A stretch of 64,000 bases of DNA from Vicinamibacteria bacterium (lineage in GTDB: Bacteria > Acidobacteriota > Vicinamibacteria > Vicinamibacterales > JAENWD01). Positions 19,929-29,703 of this stretch are shown piece by piece. Made by a program: the position numbers and the translations under genes. The notes under the pieces were generated by a model, which was given only the letters and a program-made list of their open reading frames with translations, made no database searches and was not told where the DNA came from. The stretch is taken from contig CAVRDA010000021.1 of assembly GCA_963719755.1 (NCBI GenBank), forward strand, positions 431,403 through 495,402, in the 5' to 3' direction. Position 1 is the first letter of the stretch; each line of letters begins with the position of its first letter.

Positions 19929-20014
19929 ATGCCGCTGGCCTTCCGAAATGTCGCAGATGCGGAGCCAATCCGCGCAATCCCTGAAGACCGAAGGCCGAGG
20001 ACTGAGGGGCGATC

Positions 20015-20923
20015 ATGGGCAGCTTGAACGGACGCGTCGCCGTGGTCGCCGGTGCCAGCCGCGGCGCGGGACGGGGCATCGCTCTCGCGCTCGGCGCCGC
20101 CGGGTGCACGGTCTACGCCGTGGGCCGCACCAGGCGCGGCGGCCCGCCGCCGCCCGACGGGGCGCCGGGGACAATCGACGAGACCGCCGAGGAGATTTCC
20201 GCCCGCGGCGGCCAGGGCATCGCGAGCCGGGCGGACTGCACCGACGCCGAACAGGCGGCCGAGGTCTTCGCACAGGTGCGTCGCGATCATGGCCGGCTCG
20301 ACGTGCTGGCCAACGCCGTCTGGGGCATGAGCGACGCGATGGCGTCGCCCGAGGATCTGCAGGCCGCCTGGAGCCGGCCGTTCTGGGAGCCGTCGCCGGG
20401 GCCGGAGTGGCGGTCGATGATGATGGCCGGGCCGGGCGCGTATTACCTTATGAGCACGTTCGCCGTGCCGCTCATGATCGAGACCCGCGGCGGGCTCATC
20501 GTCGGCGTCACCGACGGCATCGTCGACAACGGCAAGGGCGAGGACGCCGGGCAGATCGCCGCGCAGCCCGGCTACGGCGGCCAACTGGTGTGGGATCTCG
20601 CGCACCACTGCATCAATCGGCTGATGTATGCGATGAGCGTCGAAGCCAGGAAGAAGAAGATCGCCGTCGTGACGCTGATGCCCGGGTTCATGCAGACCGA
20701 GCGCGTGATGCGCCACCTGACGACCGACGAGTTGAAGCGTGCGTTCCGGTTCGACCTCAGCGAGTCGACGGAGTATATCGGGCGCGCGGTCGCGGCACTG
20801 GCCGCCGATCGCAAGGTGATGCGCCACAGCGGCAAGATCCATTTCGTCGCCGATCTTGCGCGGGAGTACGGGTTCACCGATGTCGATGGACGACAGATCC
20901 CGCGCTTCAAGCCGTTCGGCTGA
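20015..20923 (+). CDS. SDR family oxidoreductase
   Basis: Intact 302-aa ORF with GASRGAGRGIA (TGxxxGxG-type motif). It is divergent from the TetR gene. Confidence 0.8.
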   Translation: MGSLNGRVAVVAGASRGAGRGIALALGAAGCTVYAVGRTRRGGPPPPDGAPGTIDETAEEISARGGQGIASRADCTDAEQAAEVFAQVRRDHGRLDVLANAVWGMSDAMASPEDLQAAWSRPFWEPSPGPEWRSMMMAGPGAYYLMSTFAVPLMIETRGGLIVGVTDGIVDNGKGEDAGQIAAQPGYGGQLVWDLAHHCINRLMYAMSVEARKKKIAVVTLMPGFMQTERVMRHLTTDELKRAFRFDLSESTEYIGRAVAALAADRKVMRHSGKIHFVADLAREYGFTDVDGRQIPRFKPFG

Positions 20924-21032
20924 CGGCCGGGCCCGGCATGCTCGCGCGCCTGCGATTGCTGCTGGCTGTGCGGCCGTCGCGCTGGCAGGGCTGGCGGCCG
21001 CGACCCACTCGGCCTGGCTCGCCATCGCCGCC

Positions 21033-21726
21033 GTGATGGCGCTGGTGCTCGCGGTTCGACTGACGCTGCGAGTTCGCGCCCTGGGGGATCCGGTAATCTC
21101 CGCGTCGCCGTTTCTCGCGGCACAGTTGGCGGTATCCGGCTTTTACGCCACGCTGGCCTTCGGCACGTGCTGCTCGCCGGTGTCGATCGGATCGGCGCTT
21201 GCCGCGGCGGCGATGCTCTTCGTCGCGGCGGGCCTCTGGTTCTCCAGTCTCCGCCCGTTTGCCCTTGTCGTCGCGACCGCCGGTCATGCGGCGGCGCTCG
21301 TGGTGTGGCCGTCGTGGCCGCTGGCGTTCACGTCGCTGCTGGTGCTCGGCTCTTCGATCCTCTTCCTCGACGATCGGCCCGGGTCTCGGCTCGTGGTGTG
21401 GGATGACACCTGCGGCTTCTGCCGGTCGAGCGTGACGCTGCTGCGGCGGCTCGACTGGCTGCACGTGCATCGCTTCGCTGGGATCGAGCGACGAGCGAGT
21501 GCTTGCCGAGGCGGGAGTGACGCGCGAAGAGGCGGAAGAGGAATTGAAGCTCAGTGTCGGCCGACGCACGCTTGGCGGCTTCGACGCGATCCGCGGCATC
21601 CTCGAGTCGCTGCCGGTGGGCTATCTGTGGGCGAGGATCCTGATGTGCCCGCCGCTCGATGCCATCGGGCGCGCCGCGTACCGCCGCATCGCGGCGAAGC
21701 GGCACTGCGTGTTGCCACAGCAGTGA
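21033..21726 (+). CDS. membrane-anchored DCC1-like thiol-disulfide oxidoreductase (DUF393); frame broken near 21490; start uncertain
   Basis: Hydrophobic N-terminal half, then VVWDDTCGFCRSSV (CxxC). The C-terminus continues in ORF 21499..21726. Confidence 0.6.
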
Positions 21727-21919
21727 GTGATCGCTGCTGGTTACGAACCCGGCGGCTGCGCTTCGCTTTACTCGACCTGCACTCTGAGCGCGAAGCAGCG
21801 CAGCGCCGCGGCGAGCAGGATGCCCGCAGACGGCAGCCACGAGGCGCCGCCGCCCGACAGGCGCAGGAAGAGCGCGCAAAGATCGCGGCCAGCAGTATGG
21901 TGAGGCTATGGGCCACCAT

Positions 21920-22024
21920 CGTCAGCCGTCAGCCCAGCAGCCATGAGCCTTCAGGTGTTGCGCAGAGTGATGCGCGCATCTGCGCAGAAGGCTGAAGGCC
22001 GGGGACTGACGGCAGGCGAAGGCC
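21920..22024. repeat. nested imperfect palindrome mixing CGTCAGC, GCCTTCAG and TGCGCAGA units
   Basis: Pairs: CGTCAG (21920, 21927) with CTGACG (22006); GCCTTCAG (21947) with CTGAAGGC (21992); TGCGCAGA (21959) with TCTGCGCA (21979). Central palindrome GATGCGCGCATC at 21969-21980. Confidence 0.75.
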
Positions 22025-22051
22025 GTGATGTGGAGGGGGTAGTCGCGATTG

Positions 22052-22257
22052 TTAGGCGAGTGCGACGTTTTCGGCGCGCGGACCCTTCGGGCCCTGACCC
22101 TTGTCGAACGTGACCGACTGTCCCTCGCGAAGCGAGTCGAATGCGACGCCGACGCACGCGGACTGGTGGAAGAAGTATCCGTGCCGTCCTGAGCCGCGAC
22201 GAATCCGAAACCCTTGTCGCTAACGAGCCGCTTGATCTTGCCGTTGACCGATCCCAT
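22052..22257 (-). CDS. cold-shock protein (CspA family); 1-nt deletion near 22176
   Basis: MGSVNGKIKRLVSDKGFGFVAAQDGTD then, after a shift, YFFHQSACVGVAFDSLREGQSVTFDKGQGPKGPRAENVALA. The span is 206 nt. SD GAGGAG upstream. Confidence 0.85.
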
Positions 22258-22528
22258 GGCGAAAACTCCTCTTCGTGTCGAAACGAGCCGACCACGCCAG
22301 ATGCGCGGCCGTTGGCTTTGATGAGTAGCTGGAGCGGTCAGCCGGCGGATGCCGGCCGTGCGACAGGGCCCAGGAAAGCGCGGCGGGCATGATAACACGC
22401 GGGAAGCTCGGCGGCACCCCTGCCACAACCTCAGCCATTCACCTCCGGCACCGGCCGCCAGGGGCTGTTCTGAATCGTTTCTGACTTGCCGCCGGGCCTG
22501 CCGCGTCCCCTTCCGGCCCGTCGATACA

Positions 22529-24761
22529 ATGGCCGTCGTGCCGGAGCAGCCTCGAGGCCGATCGCTCGCGTTCCATCCCAGCGCGCCGGCGGTCGTCCGG
22601 TTCGATCCCTTCCGCTTCGACCTGGTCGACGGATCGCTCTGGCGCGGCTCCGAGGAGATCCGCCTCCCGCCGCGCGCGCTGGTCATCCTCCAGCACCTCG
22701 TCGAGCGCGCCGGCCGCATCGTCGCCAAGCAGGCGCTGATGGAAGCGGCCTGGAAGGACGCGTTCGTCAACGAGGCGTCGCTCACCGAGGCGATCGGCAT
22801 CATCCGGCAGGCACTGGGCGACGATCCGCAGCAGCCGACCTACATCCAGACCGTCCACCGGCGCGGCTATCGCTTCATCGCGCCACTCGCGGTCGACGCG
22901 GCCGCGGCGGCTCCGTCGCCCGTGGAAGCCGAGCCGGCGGCCCAGCCCGTGAGTCCTGCGCCGACCGGCGAGTGCGGAGGCGGCCTCTCTCGCACAGACG
23001 ACGGCCGACAGGCTGGTGCGGCCCGTCGTGCTCGTTGTCGCGACGGCCCTCGTGGCTGCGGCAACGACCGCGATGGCGATGCTTTTGTGGTCGCGGCCAG
23101 GGGCGTCTTCCGCCACTGCCTCCACGACGCGGCTCAGCCTCACGCTCCCTGCCGATCAAGCGCCGGCGCCTGGCCTCAGCGCGCATCCGGTGGTGGCGCT
23201 CACACCCGACGGCACTCGCGTCGTCTACGCAGGCGGCCAGCCGGGCGCGTCGCGCCTGTTCGTGCGCCGGATGGACCAGTTCGCCGCGACGCCCATCCCC
23301 GGCACCGAAGGGGGACACGGGCCCTTCGTGTCGCCGGACGGCGACTGGGTCGCGTTCTTCTCGAGAGGCGCGCTGCGAAAGGTGCGTCTCGACGGCGGCC
23401 AGCCCAGGGTGGTCTGCGAGACGCCGACCGGTGTCGGCGGCGTGTGGCTGTCGAATCGAGGAGATCGTGTTCGTCCCGGACTGGACGAGCCCGCTGATGC
23501 GCGTCAGCGCTGATGGCGGCGCGCCCGTCGTCGCGGCGGCCGCGGCGCCAGGCGTCGGGTACCGGTGGCCCGACCGCGTTGACGAGCGCACCGTGCTGGT
23601 GACGCGCTGGCGATCGTCGGCGCGGTCGGCGGCCGTCGTCGCCATCGACCTCGTGAGCGGAGAAGAGCACGTGGTCGCCAGAGGCGGCCGCGTTCGGCCG
23701 CTTCGCGCCGAGCGGACACGTCCTCTTCGTGCGCGACGGCGCGATCTTCGCCGTCAGGTACGACCACGCCCGTCGCCGGGCGGCAAGCGCGCCGATCCGC
23801 GTCGTCGACGCCGTGCTCACCGGCATGACCGGGTCGGCCCAGCTCGCGATCGCGCCTACCGGCACGATGCTCTACATCGCCGACGCTCCCGGAACGATCG
23901 CGGCGCGTGCTCGCGCGAGTGGACCAGCGCGGGTCGCGTCGTCCCGCTGCCCGCCGAGCCGCGCGTGTTCCGTGCCTTCTCGGTCTGCGGCGATCGACTG
24001 GCGGTGACGATCCACGATCGCGGTCAATCGGATCTGTGGGTGGGGCATCTCGACCGCGCCGCCCTGACCCGGGTGACATCCGAGGGCACCGCCTTCGAGC
24101 CGGCGTGGTCGCCCGATTGCGGCACGCTCGCCTTCGGGTGGAACCGCGAGGAGGGCTACGCGATGTACGCGGTCCGCCCGGGCGCCGGCGATCCACCCGG
24201 GCGGCTGACGAAATCCACGGCGCACGCAGCTACCCGGATCCTGGTCCGGCGACGGGCGGACGCTGGCCTTCGTCGAGCAGCATCCGGACACGAAGACGGA
24301 CATCTGGCTGCTCGAGCCTTCGACGGCCAAAGCAAGGCCGTTCCTGACGACGCCGGCCGAGGAGATTCTGCCGCGCCTTTCGCCCGACGGCCGTTGGCTC
24401 GCCTACGAGTCCGATGCTTCGGGCCGGTTCGAGGTCGAGATCGCCTCGGTCGCCACCGGCGCCCGAACGCAGGTGTCGGGACGGGGCGGGACGTGGCCGG
24501 CATGGTCAGCCGATGGCCGCCAGCTCTTCTACCTCGACGAGGGGACCATCTACCGGGTGGCGTTCGACGAGCGAGAGGGCGAGTCGAGGGCCTCCGATCC
24601 GGTGGCCGTCTACACCAATCCCGACCTTCTACTCTTCAGGCCCGTCGGGCGACGGCTTCGTGATTCTTCGCCGGACCTCCGAGCACCTCCCGTTGACGCG
24701 GGTGGACGTCGTCTTGAACGAGTCGGGGGAGCTGGAACGTCAGTTCGCGGGAAAACCCTAG
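22529..24761 (+). pseudogene. CadC-like winged-helix regulator with TolB-like propeller, interrupted by at least 7 frame changes
   Basis: The VVRFDPFRFD...IQTVHRRGYRF domain, a TM helix and FVSPDG/WSPDC/LSPDGRW propeller motifs can be followed only by hopping among ORFs 22349, 23016, 22486, 23729, 23907, 24473 and 24414. Confidence 0.65.
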
Positions 24762-24838
24762 AAAACTGGCGAGACCTTCGGGGAAACCTCAGGACTTCGG
24801 ATCATCTTGCGAGCATCCTCTGCTGCAGGAGGATCCAG

Positions 24839-25613
24839 ATGGCGGTCTATCGGTTCCTGGGTTTCGATCTCGACACACGCACCGGCGAGCTGCGCCGGGA
24901 GCAGGATCTGGTGCGCCTGCGCCCTCAACCGTCCGCGGTGCTCTCGTGCCTCGTCGAACGGCATGGCCGCTTCGTCAGCCGGCAGGAGCTGCACCGGGTG
25001 GTGTGGCCGGACGGCACGTTCGTGCGGTTCGAGGACGGATTGAACTCCTGCATGAAGCAGGTACGGGCGGCACTTGGCGATTCGCGGACGGCGCCGCGCT
25101 TCATCGAGACGCTGACACGCCGCGGCTACCGGTTCATCGCGCCCGTCGTCGCGATGTCCAATGACGGGCTGGTGTCCGGGGACGAGCCGCGCGCGCGTCC
25201 GGTTGCTGCCCGTGCGCGACCTCGACGTGCCCGGACACGGCCCGCTGGCCGACGGGCTCGGGGAGGAGCTGATGGCGCAGCTGGCGACTGCGGCGCCGGC
25301 CGATCTCGCGGTCGTCGGCGACTGGCGCTCGGCGGCGGAGCCCGGCGCGCCGCGGGAAGTGGCCGCAGACTACGTGCTGGCGACGAGCGTGCGCGGCGCC
25401 GGGGCACGTCTCAGGGCGACAGCGCAGCTCATCGAGACGAGGTCACAGCAGCACGTGTGGGCCGTGCGGGTGGATCGGTCGCTCGATCACGCGCTCGACA
25501 CGCAGGCGGCAGTGGCCGAACAGATCGTGGCGGGCGTCGTGTCGGCGATTCGCGACGCCAATGACGAGGACTCGCATGACGCAGTTGACGCAGGCATCGG
25601 ATCCCGCGCATAG
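24839..25613 (+). CDS. CadC-like winged-helix regulator with TolB-N-terminal-like domain; frame broken near 25185
   Basis: MAVYRFLGFDLD...IETLTRRGYRF, then VRLLPVRDL...ADGLGEELMAQL...DYVLATSVRGAGARLRATAQLIE. SD GGAGGA upstream. Confidence 0.7.
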
Positions 25614-26127
25614 CGACTCGCGTTCGTCGTGGGGGCGAGACCAGGCGCTCACCCTCTCGAGGCGGAACCTCGGGAGGGCCATCCTGTGGGGCGGCCTCGT
25701 GGCGGGCGTGCTCGACATCTCGGACGCGCTCATCTACGCAGCCGTTCGCGGCGTCTCGCCGACGCGCGTGCTCCAGGCCATTGCCAGCGGCGTGCTGGGC
25801 CGAGAGTCGTTCGCCGGGGGCCCGCCGACGGCAGCGCTCGGGCTGCTGCTGCATTTCGTCATCGCGTTCGGCGCCGCGACGGCCTTTGCCCTGGCGAGCC
25901 TGGGGCTGCCGATGCTCGTGCGCCGGCCGTGGATCTCGGGGCCGATTTTCGGCATCTGCGTTCACCTGGTGATGAAGTACATCGTCCTGCCGCTCTCGCT
26001 GTATCGGGGGCGGGCGGCGGCGACCAGCTGGCTCGATCCGGGATTCATCAACATCGTGCTGGCGCACATCTTCTGCGTCGGCATTCCGATTGCCCTGGCT
26101 GCGCGGCGCGCGGCGCGGCGGGGGTAG
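25561..26127 (+). CDS. hypothetical polytopic membrane protein
   Basis: Intact 188-aa ORF with 4 hydrophobic segments. I recognise no family. Confidence 0.5.
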   Translation: MTRTRMTQLTQASDPAHSDSRSSWGRDQALTLSRRNLGRAILWGGLVAGVLDISDALIYAAVRGVSPTRVLQAIASGVLGRESFAGGPPTAALGLLLHFVIAFGAATAFALASLGLPMLVRRPWISGPIFGICVHLVMKYIVLPLSLYRGRAAATSWLDPGFINIVLAHIFCVGIPIALAARRAARRG

Positions 26128-26169
26128 ACCGGCGGGGACGGAGGTTTCGATGTTCTTTCGTGCAGGAAG

Positions 26170-27292
26170 ATGCGCGAAACTGAGGGCAGTTCCGTTATGA
26201 TGGGGAGGCTACGCCGAGCTCATCCTGACAATGCGCCGTTTTCTCGTTGCCTGACGATCGCCGCCGCGCTGCCGCTGGCCGCCCTGTCGGCCGCGCCGGA
26301 CGACCTCCTGTACGCGAGATTCGAGAAATATCTCGAGGCGCTGCGCGCCCAGGCCGGCATCCCGGGAATGGCTGTCGCGGTCGTCGGCGAAAGCGACATC
26401 GTCTGGGAGCGCCCGTTCGGTTGGCAGGACGTCGAACGATCGATTCCGACCCGGATGGACACGCCGTTTCACCTCGACGGCCTCGGGCAGATCGTCACGG
26501 CCGCCGTCGCCCTCAACTGCGTGGAGCAGGGGAGCCTCCAGCTCGACGACCCGATTTCGAAGCACGATTCGGGAAGCCCGGAACCGAACGCGACGCTGCG
26601 GCAGATTCTGAGTCACACGACGCCGACGCTCACCGGCCTGTCGTACAGCCTATCGTCCGGAGCGCTACGACTATCTCCAGAAGGCGATTCGCGACTGCAC
26701 CGGCGACTCGTACCGCGAGACCATCGCGAACCTGCTGCTGCAGAACGCGATGATGGACTCGGTGCCGGGACGCGACGTCGTGGCACTCCAGGCGCCCGAA
26801 GAAGGCGTGCCCGACCAGCAGACCACCGTGCGCTACGCGGCGGTGCTGGCGCGGCTGACGACGTCGTACTCGCTGTTCAACGGCAGGCGCCCCACACCCG
26901 CGGCTCACGTGGCGACGACCCTGACGCCGTCCTCCGGGCTGATCTCCACGGTGCGCGATCTGGCAAAGCTCGACGTCGCGTTGAAACAGTACCTCCTGCT
27001 GGAGCCCGAAATGCTGGCGCTGGCATGGAGCACGCCATCGGGAGCTACGACGACGCAGCCGGCGCCGCACGGTCTGGGGTGGTTCGTGCAGCTGTATGAC
27101 GGCGAGCCGGTGGTCTGGCAGTTCGGCGTCAGCGAGTCGTCGTCCTCGTTCGTGATGACGCTGCCGGCGCGGAAGCTGACGATGATTCTGCTGGCGAACA
27201 GCGACGGGCTGGTCAAGCCCTTCGTGCTGACGCCAGGCGTAGTGACAGCGTCGCCGTTTGCGCGCGTGTTCCTCGGCCTCGTGGCGCCTTGA
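26170..27292 (+). CDS. beta-lactamase/serine-hydrolase-fold protein lacking the SxxK nucleophile motif; frame broken near 26650
   Basis: GIPGMAVAVV..PFHLDGLGQIVTAAVAL aligns with the class C-type F-x-x-x-S-x-S-K-x-F-T-A block, but with Gly and Gln at the Ser and Lys positions. Confidence 0.6.
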
Positions 27293-27901
27293 CGTTTTCG
27301 GCCCTGCGCCTGTGGCTCCTGGTGTGCCGCGCTGCTGCTGCTGCGGCCGGTGACGGCGGCGGCGGAATGGCAGTTCAAGCCGTTCGTCGGTATCACGTTC
27401 GGAGGGACGTATACGTTTCTTCAATTGGATCAGGTCGGAGAAGGGCAAGAAGTTCACGGCTGGCGGCAGCGCGACATGGCTCGGCAATTTCATCGGCGTT
27501 GAGGGCGACTACGGGTACATCCCGGGTTACTTCGAGACCGACGAGCGTCGCTCGTGCTCGGCAGTTCGGTGTCGACGCTGACAGGGAACGTCGTCCTGAC
27601 GTTGCCGCGGAAGATGACGAGGTACACGCTGCGCCCCTATTTCGTCGGCGGCGGCGGGCTCGTACGGGTGGCGTATACCGAAGAGCTGGGAACCTTGGGG
27701 ACGAGCCGGTCCCTCAGCGCCTTCGACCTTGGAGGTGGGGTGACGGGATTCGTCAACGACCGCGTCGGCCTCAACTGGGACCTGCGCTACTACCGCAGCT
27801 TTGGTGGGGCCGAAGGCACTGGGCTGTCATTCGGCAGGGAACAGATCTCGTTCTGGCGCGCTACGATGGGCGTGGCCATTCGCGTCGGGAGTGTTGAATG
27901 A
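27289..27901 (+). CDS. outer-membrane beta-barrel protein; three frame breaks (near 27325, 27415, 27550)
   Basis: Signal peptide, then alternating beta-strand-like segments (EWQFKPFVGITFGG, YFVGGGGLVRV, GLNWDLRYYRSF) and a C-terminal aromatic-rich strand. Confidence 0.55.
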
Positions 27902-28431
27902 ACCGACGGCAATTCGTGCTTGCGAGTCTTGGCGCCGTCGCCGCGATCGGCGTCGTCGGCGCCGCTGAGAGCCTGCGGATCGTGCCCCTGGTGCACGAGA
28001 AGCAGATGGTCGTGTCGCTGGAGATCGCCGACGCGTACACCAATGACGTGCGCGAGGCCATCGCCAGCGGACTCCGCACGACGTTCACCTACGACGTCGA
28101 GCTGCGGATGCTGGTGGCCGGCTGGGTGGATCGCACCATCGCGACCTCGGTCGTCAGCATCTCCGATCAGTACGACAACCTGACGCGCCGCCACAGCCTG
28201 TCGCGCACGGTGGACGGGCGCATCGACGAGGCCGTGGTAACGGAGGACGAAGAGGTCGTCCGCAAGTGGCTGACCTCGGTCGAGCGCCTGCCGCTCTGCG
28301 CCACGACCAAGCTCGAACGCCACCGCGAATACTACGTACGCGTCAACGCCCGCAAGCGCCCGCAGCGCACGTTCCCGTTCGCCTGGACGGGGCCGACGAG
28401 CGGACAGGCGAAGTTCACGTTCATTCCCTGA
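27898..28431 (+). CDS. DUF4390-like secreted protein
   Basis: Intact 177-aa ORF with a Tat-like N-terminus MNRRQFVLASLGAVAA. ATGA overlap with the upstream OMP gene. Confidence 0.5.
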   Translation: MNRRQFVLASLGAVAAIGVVGAAESLRIVPLVHEKQMVVSLEIADAYTNDVREAIASGLRTTFTYDVELRMLVAGWVDRTIATSVVSISDQYDNLTRRHSLSRTVDGRIDEAVVTEDEEVVRKWLTSVERLPLCATTKLERHREYYVRVNARKRPQRTFPFAWTGPTSGQAKFTFIP

Positions 28432-28500
28432 CCCCCGCGAGCGAAAGCGCGAGCGCCCCCCGCGGCGAGCGCCGCGTGAGGGAGCGCGAGGCGCCCCCCG

Positions 28501-29703
28501 TCAGCGAGCGCCCTTCTCCAGGTCCACCGCTCTCCACAAATACCAGCTCGCCACGGTTCGATAGGGTCCCCATCTCGCGCCGTATTTCGCCAGCGCCTTC
28601 GGCAAGGGCGGTGCCTTCTTCCTGAAGGCGATCGCGAAACCGCTGCGCACGCCGTAGTCGTCAACCGGCAGCACATCCGGCCGGCCGAGGCGGAACATCA
28701 GCAGCATCTCCACCGTCCACCGGCCGATGCCGCGCACCGCGGTCAGCCGCTCGACGATCGCCTCGTCGTCCATGCGATGGGCCTCGGCAAGCGTCGGGAT
28801 CTCGCCGTCGAGCGTCCGCCGCGCGAGGTCACGCAATGCCAGCAGCTTGGCTTGTGACAGCCCGGCGCCGCGAAGCCGGTCGTCGCCGGCGCGCAGAATC
28901 TGCTCCGGCGTGAAGCCCTGATGCGCGCGGGGAAAGAGCGCCCGCAGCCGCGCGAAGATCGTCGCCGCCGCCTTGCCCGTCAGCTGCTGGTAGACGATGG
29001 ACTCCGCCAGCGCGAGGAAGATGCTGGGCGTCGTCTTCAGCTGCATGCGAAAGGGCCCGACGGTTTCGATCAGCCGCGCCATTGCCTGGTCCGACTCACT
29101 CACGTGGGCGGTGGCGACCTCGCTGTCGAAGGGAAAAGTGCCGTCGCCGTCGAAGAGCGACGGCGTCTGCGGCGACTGCCGGCCTTCGATGGCCAGCAGG
29201 TTCAACTTCGTCGTGATGCCGCCGGCCGCAGAGAAGCCGCCGACGCGGCCGCCGGCGGCGAGCACGCGGTGGCACGGCACCACGATCGGAAACGGGTTTC
29301 GTCCGAGCGCCTGTCCCACGGCACGCGACAGCCCGCGCGATCCGAGGCGCTGGGCGATCTCGCCGTAGGAAAGGGTCGCGCCTGCGGGGATCGTGCGCGC
29401 GACGTCGTACACGCGCCGATGGAACGGCGGGACCCTCGCCATGTCCAGCGGGATCGCGGACAGGTCGATGGGCTCGCCGCGGAGCAGCGCGGCAACCTGC
29501 TCAAGGGCACGCTCGACCTCGGGCGGCGGCGTCGCTTCGAGGGCGTCTGGATGCAGCCGGGCCAGCCGCGCGCGCGTCTGGCTGTCGCGCCCTTCGGGCA
29601 GGTGCATGCCGACGATGCCGCCGGGACCCCAGGCGACGCCGCACTGGCCAATGGCGGTGGCGAACAGCGCGAATCCACGTCTGACACGACGAAATCGTAG
29701 CAC
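28501..29703 (-). CDS. fusion protein: methylated-DNA-protein-cysteine methyltransferase (Ogt) plus DNA-3-methyladenine glycosylase II (AlkA, HhH-GPD)
   Basis: Intact 400-aa ORF. N-terminal half carries PCHRV. C-terminal half carries an HhH-GPD-like segment (LTAVRGIGRWTVEMLLMF...VLPVDD). Confidence 0.8.
   Translation of the reverse strand: MLRFRRVRRGFALFATAIGQCGVAWGPGGIVGMHLPEGRDSQTRARLARLHPDALEATPPPEVERALEQVAALLRGEPIDLSAIPLDMARVPPFHRRVYDVARTIPAGATLSYGEIAQRLGSRGLSRAVGQALGRNPFPIVVPCHRVLAAGGRVGGFSAAGGITTKLNLLAIEGRQSPQTPSLFDGDGTFPFDSEVATAHVSESDQAMARLIETVGPFRMQLKTTPSIFLALAESIVYQQLTGKAAATIFARLRALFPRAHQGFTPEQILRAGDDRLRGAGLSQAKLLALRDLARRTLDGEIPTLAEAHRMDDEAIVERLTAVRGIGRWTVEMLLMFRLGRPDVLPVDDYGVRSGFAIAFRKKAPPLPKALAKYGARWGPYRTVASWYLWRAVDLEKGAR

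Noticed and set aside
20856-21995. 379-aa ORF 20856..21995 as a single protein
   Set aside because: It begins inside the SDR gene in another frame and continues past the point where the DCC-family sequence switches to ORF 21499..21726. Only about 21033-21490 of it is used, joined to the second ORF.
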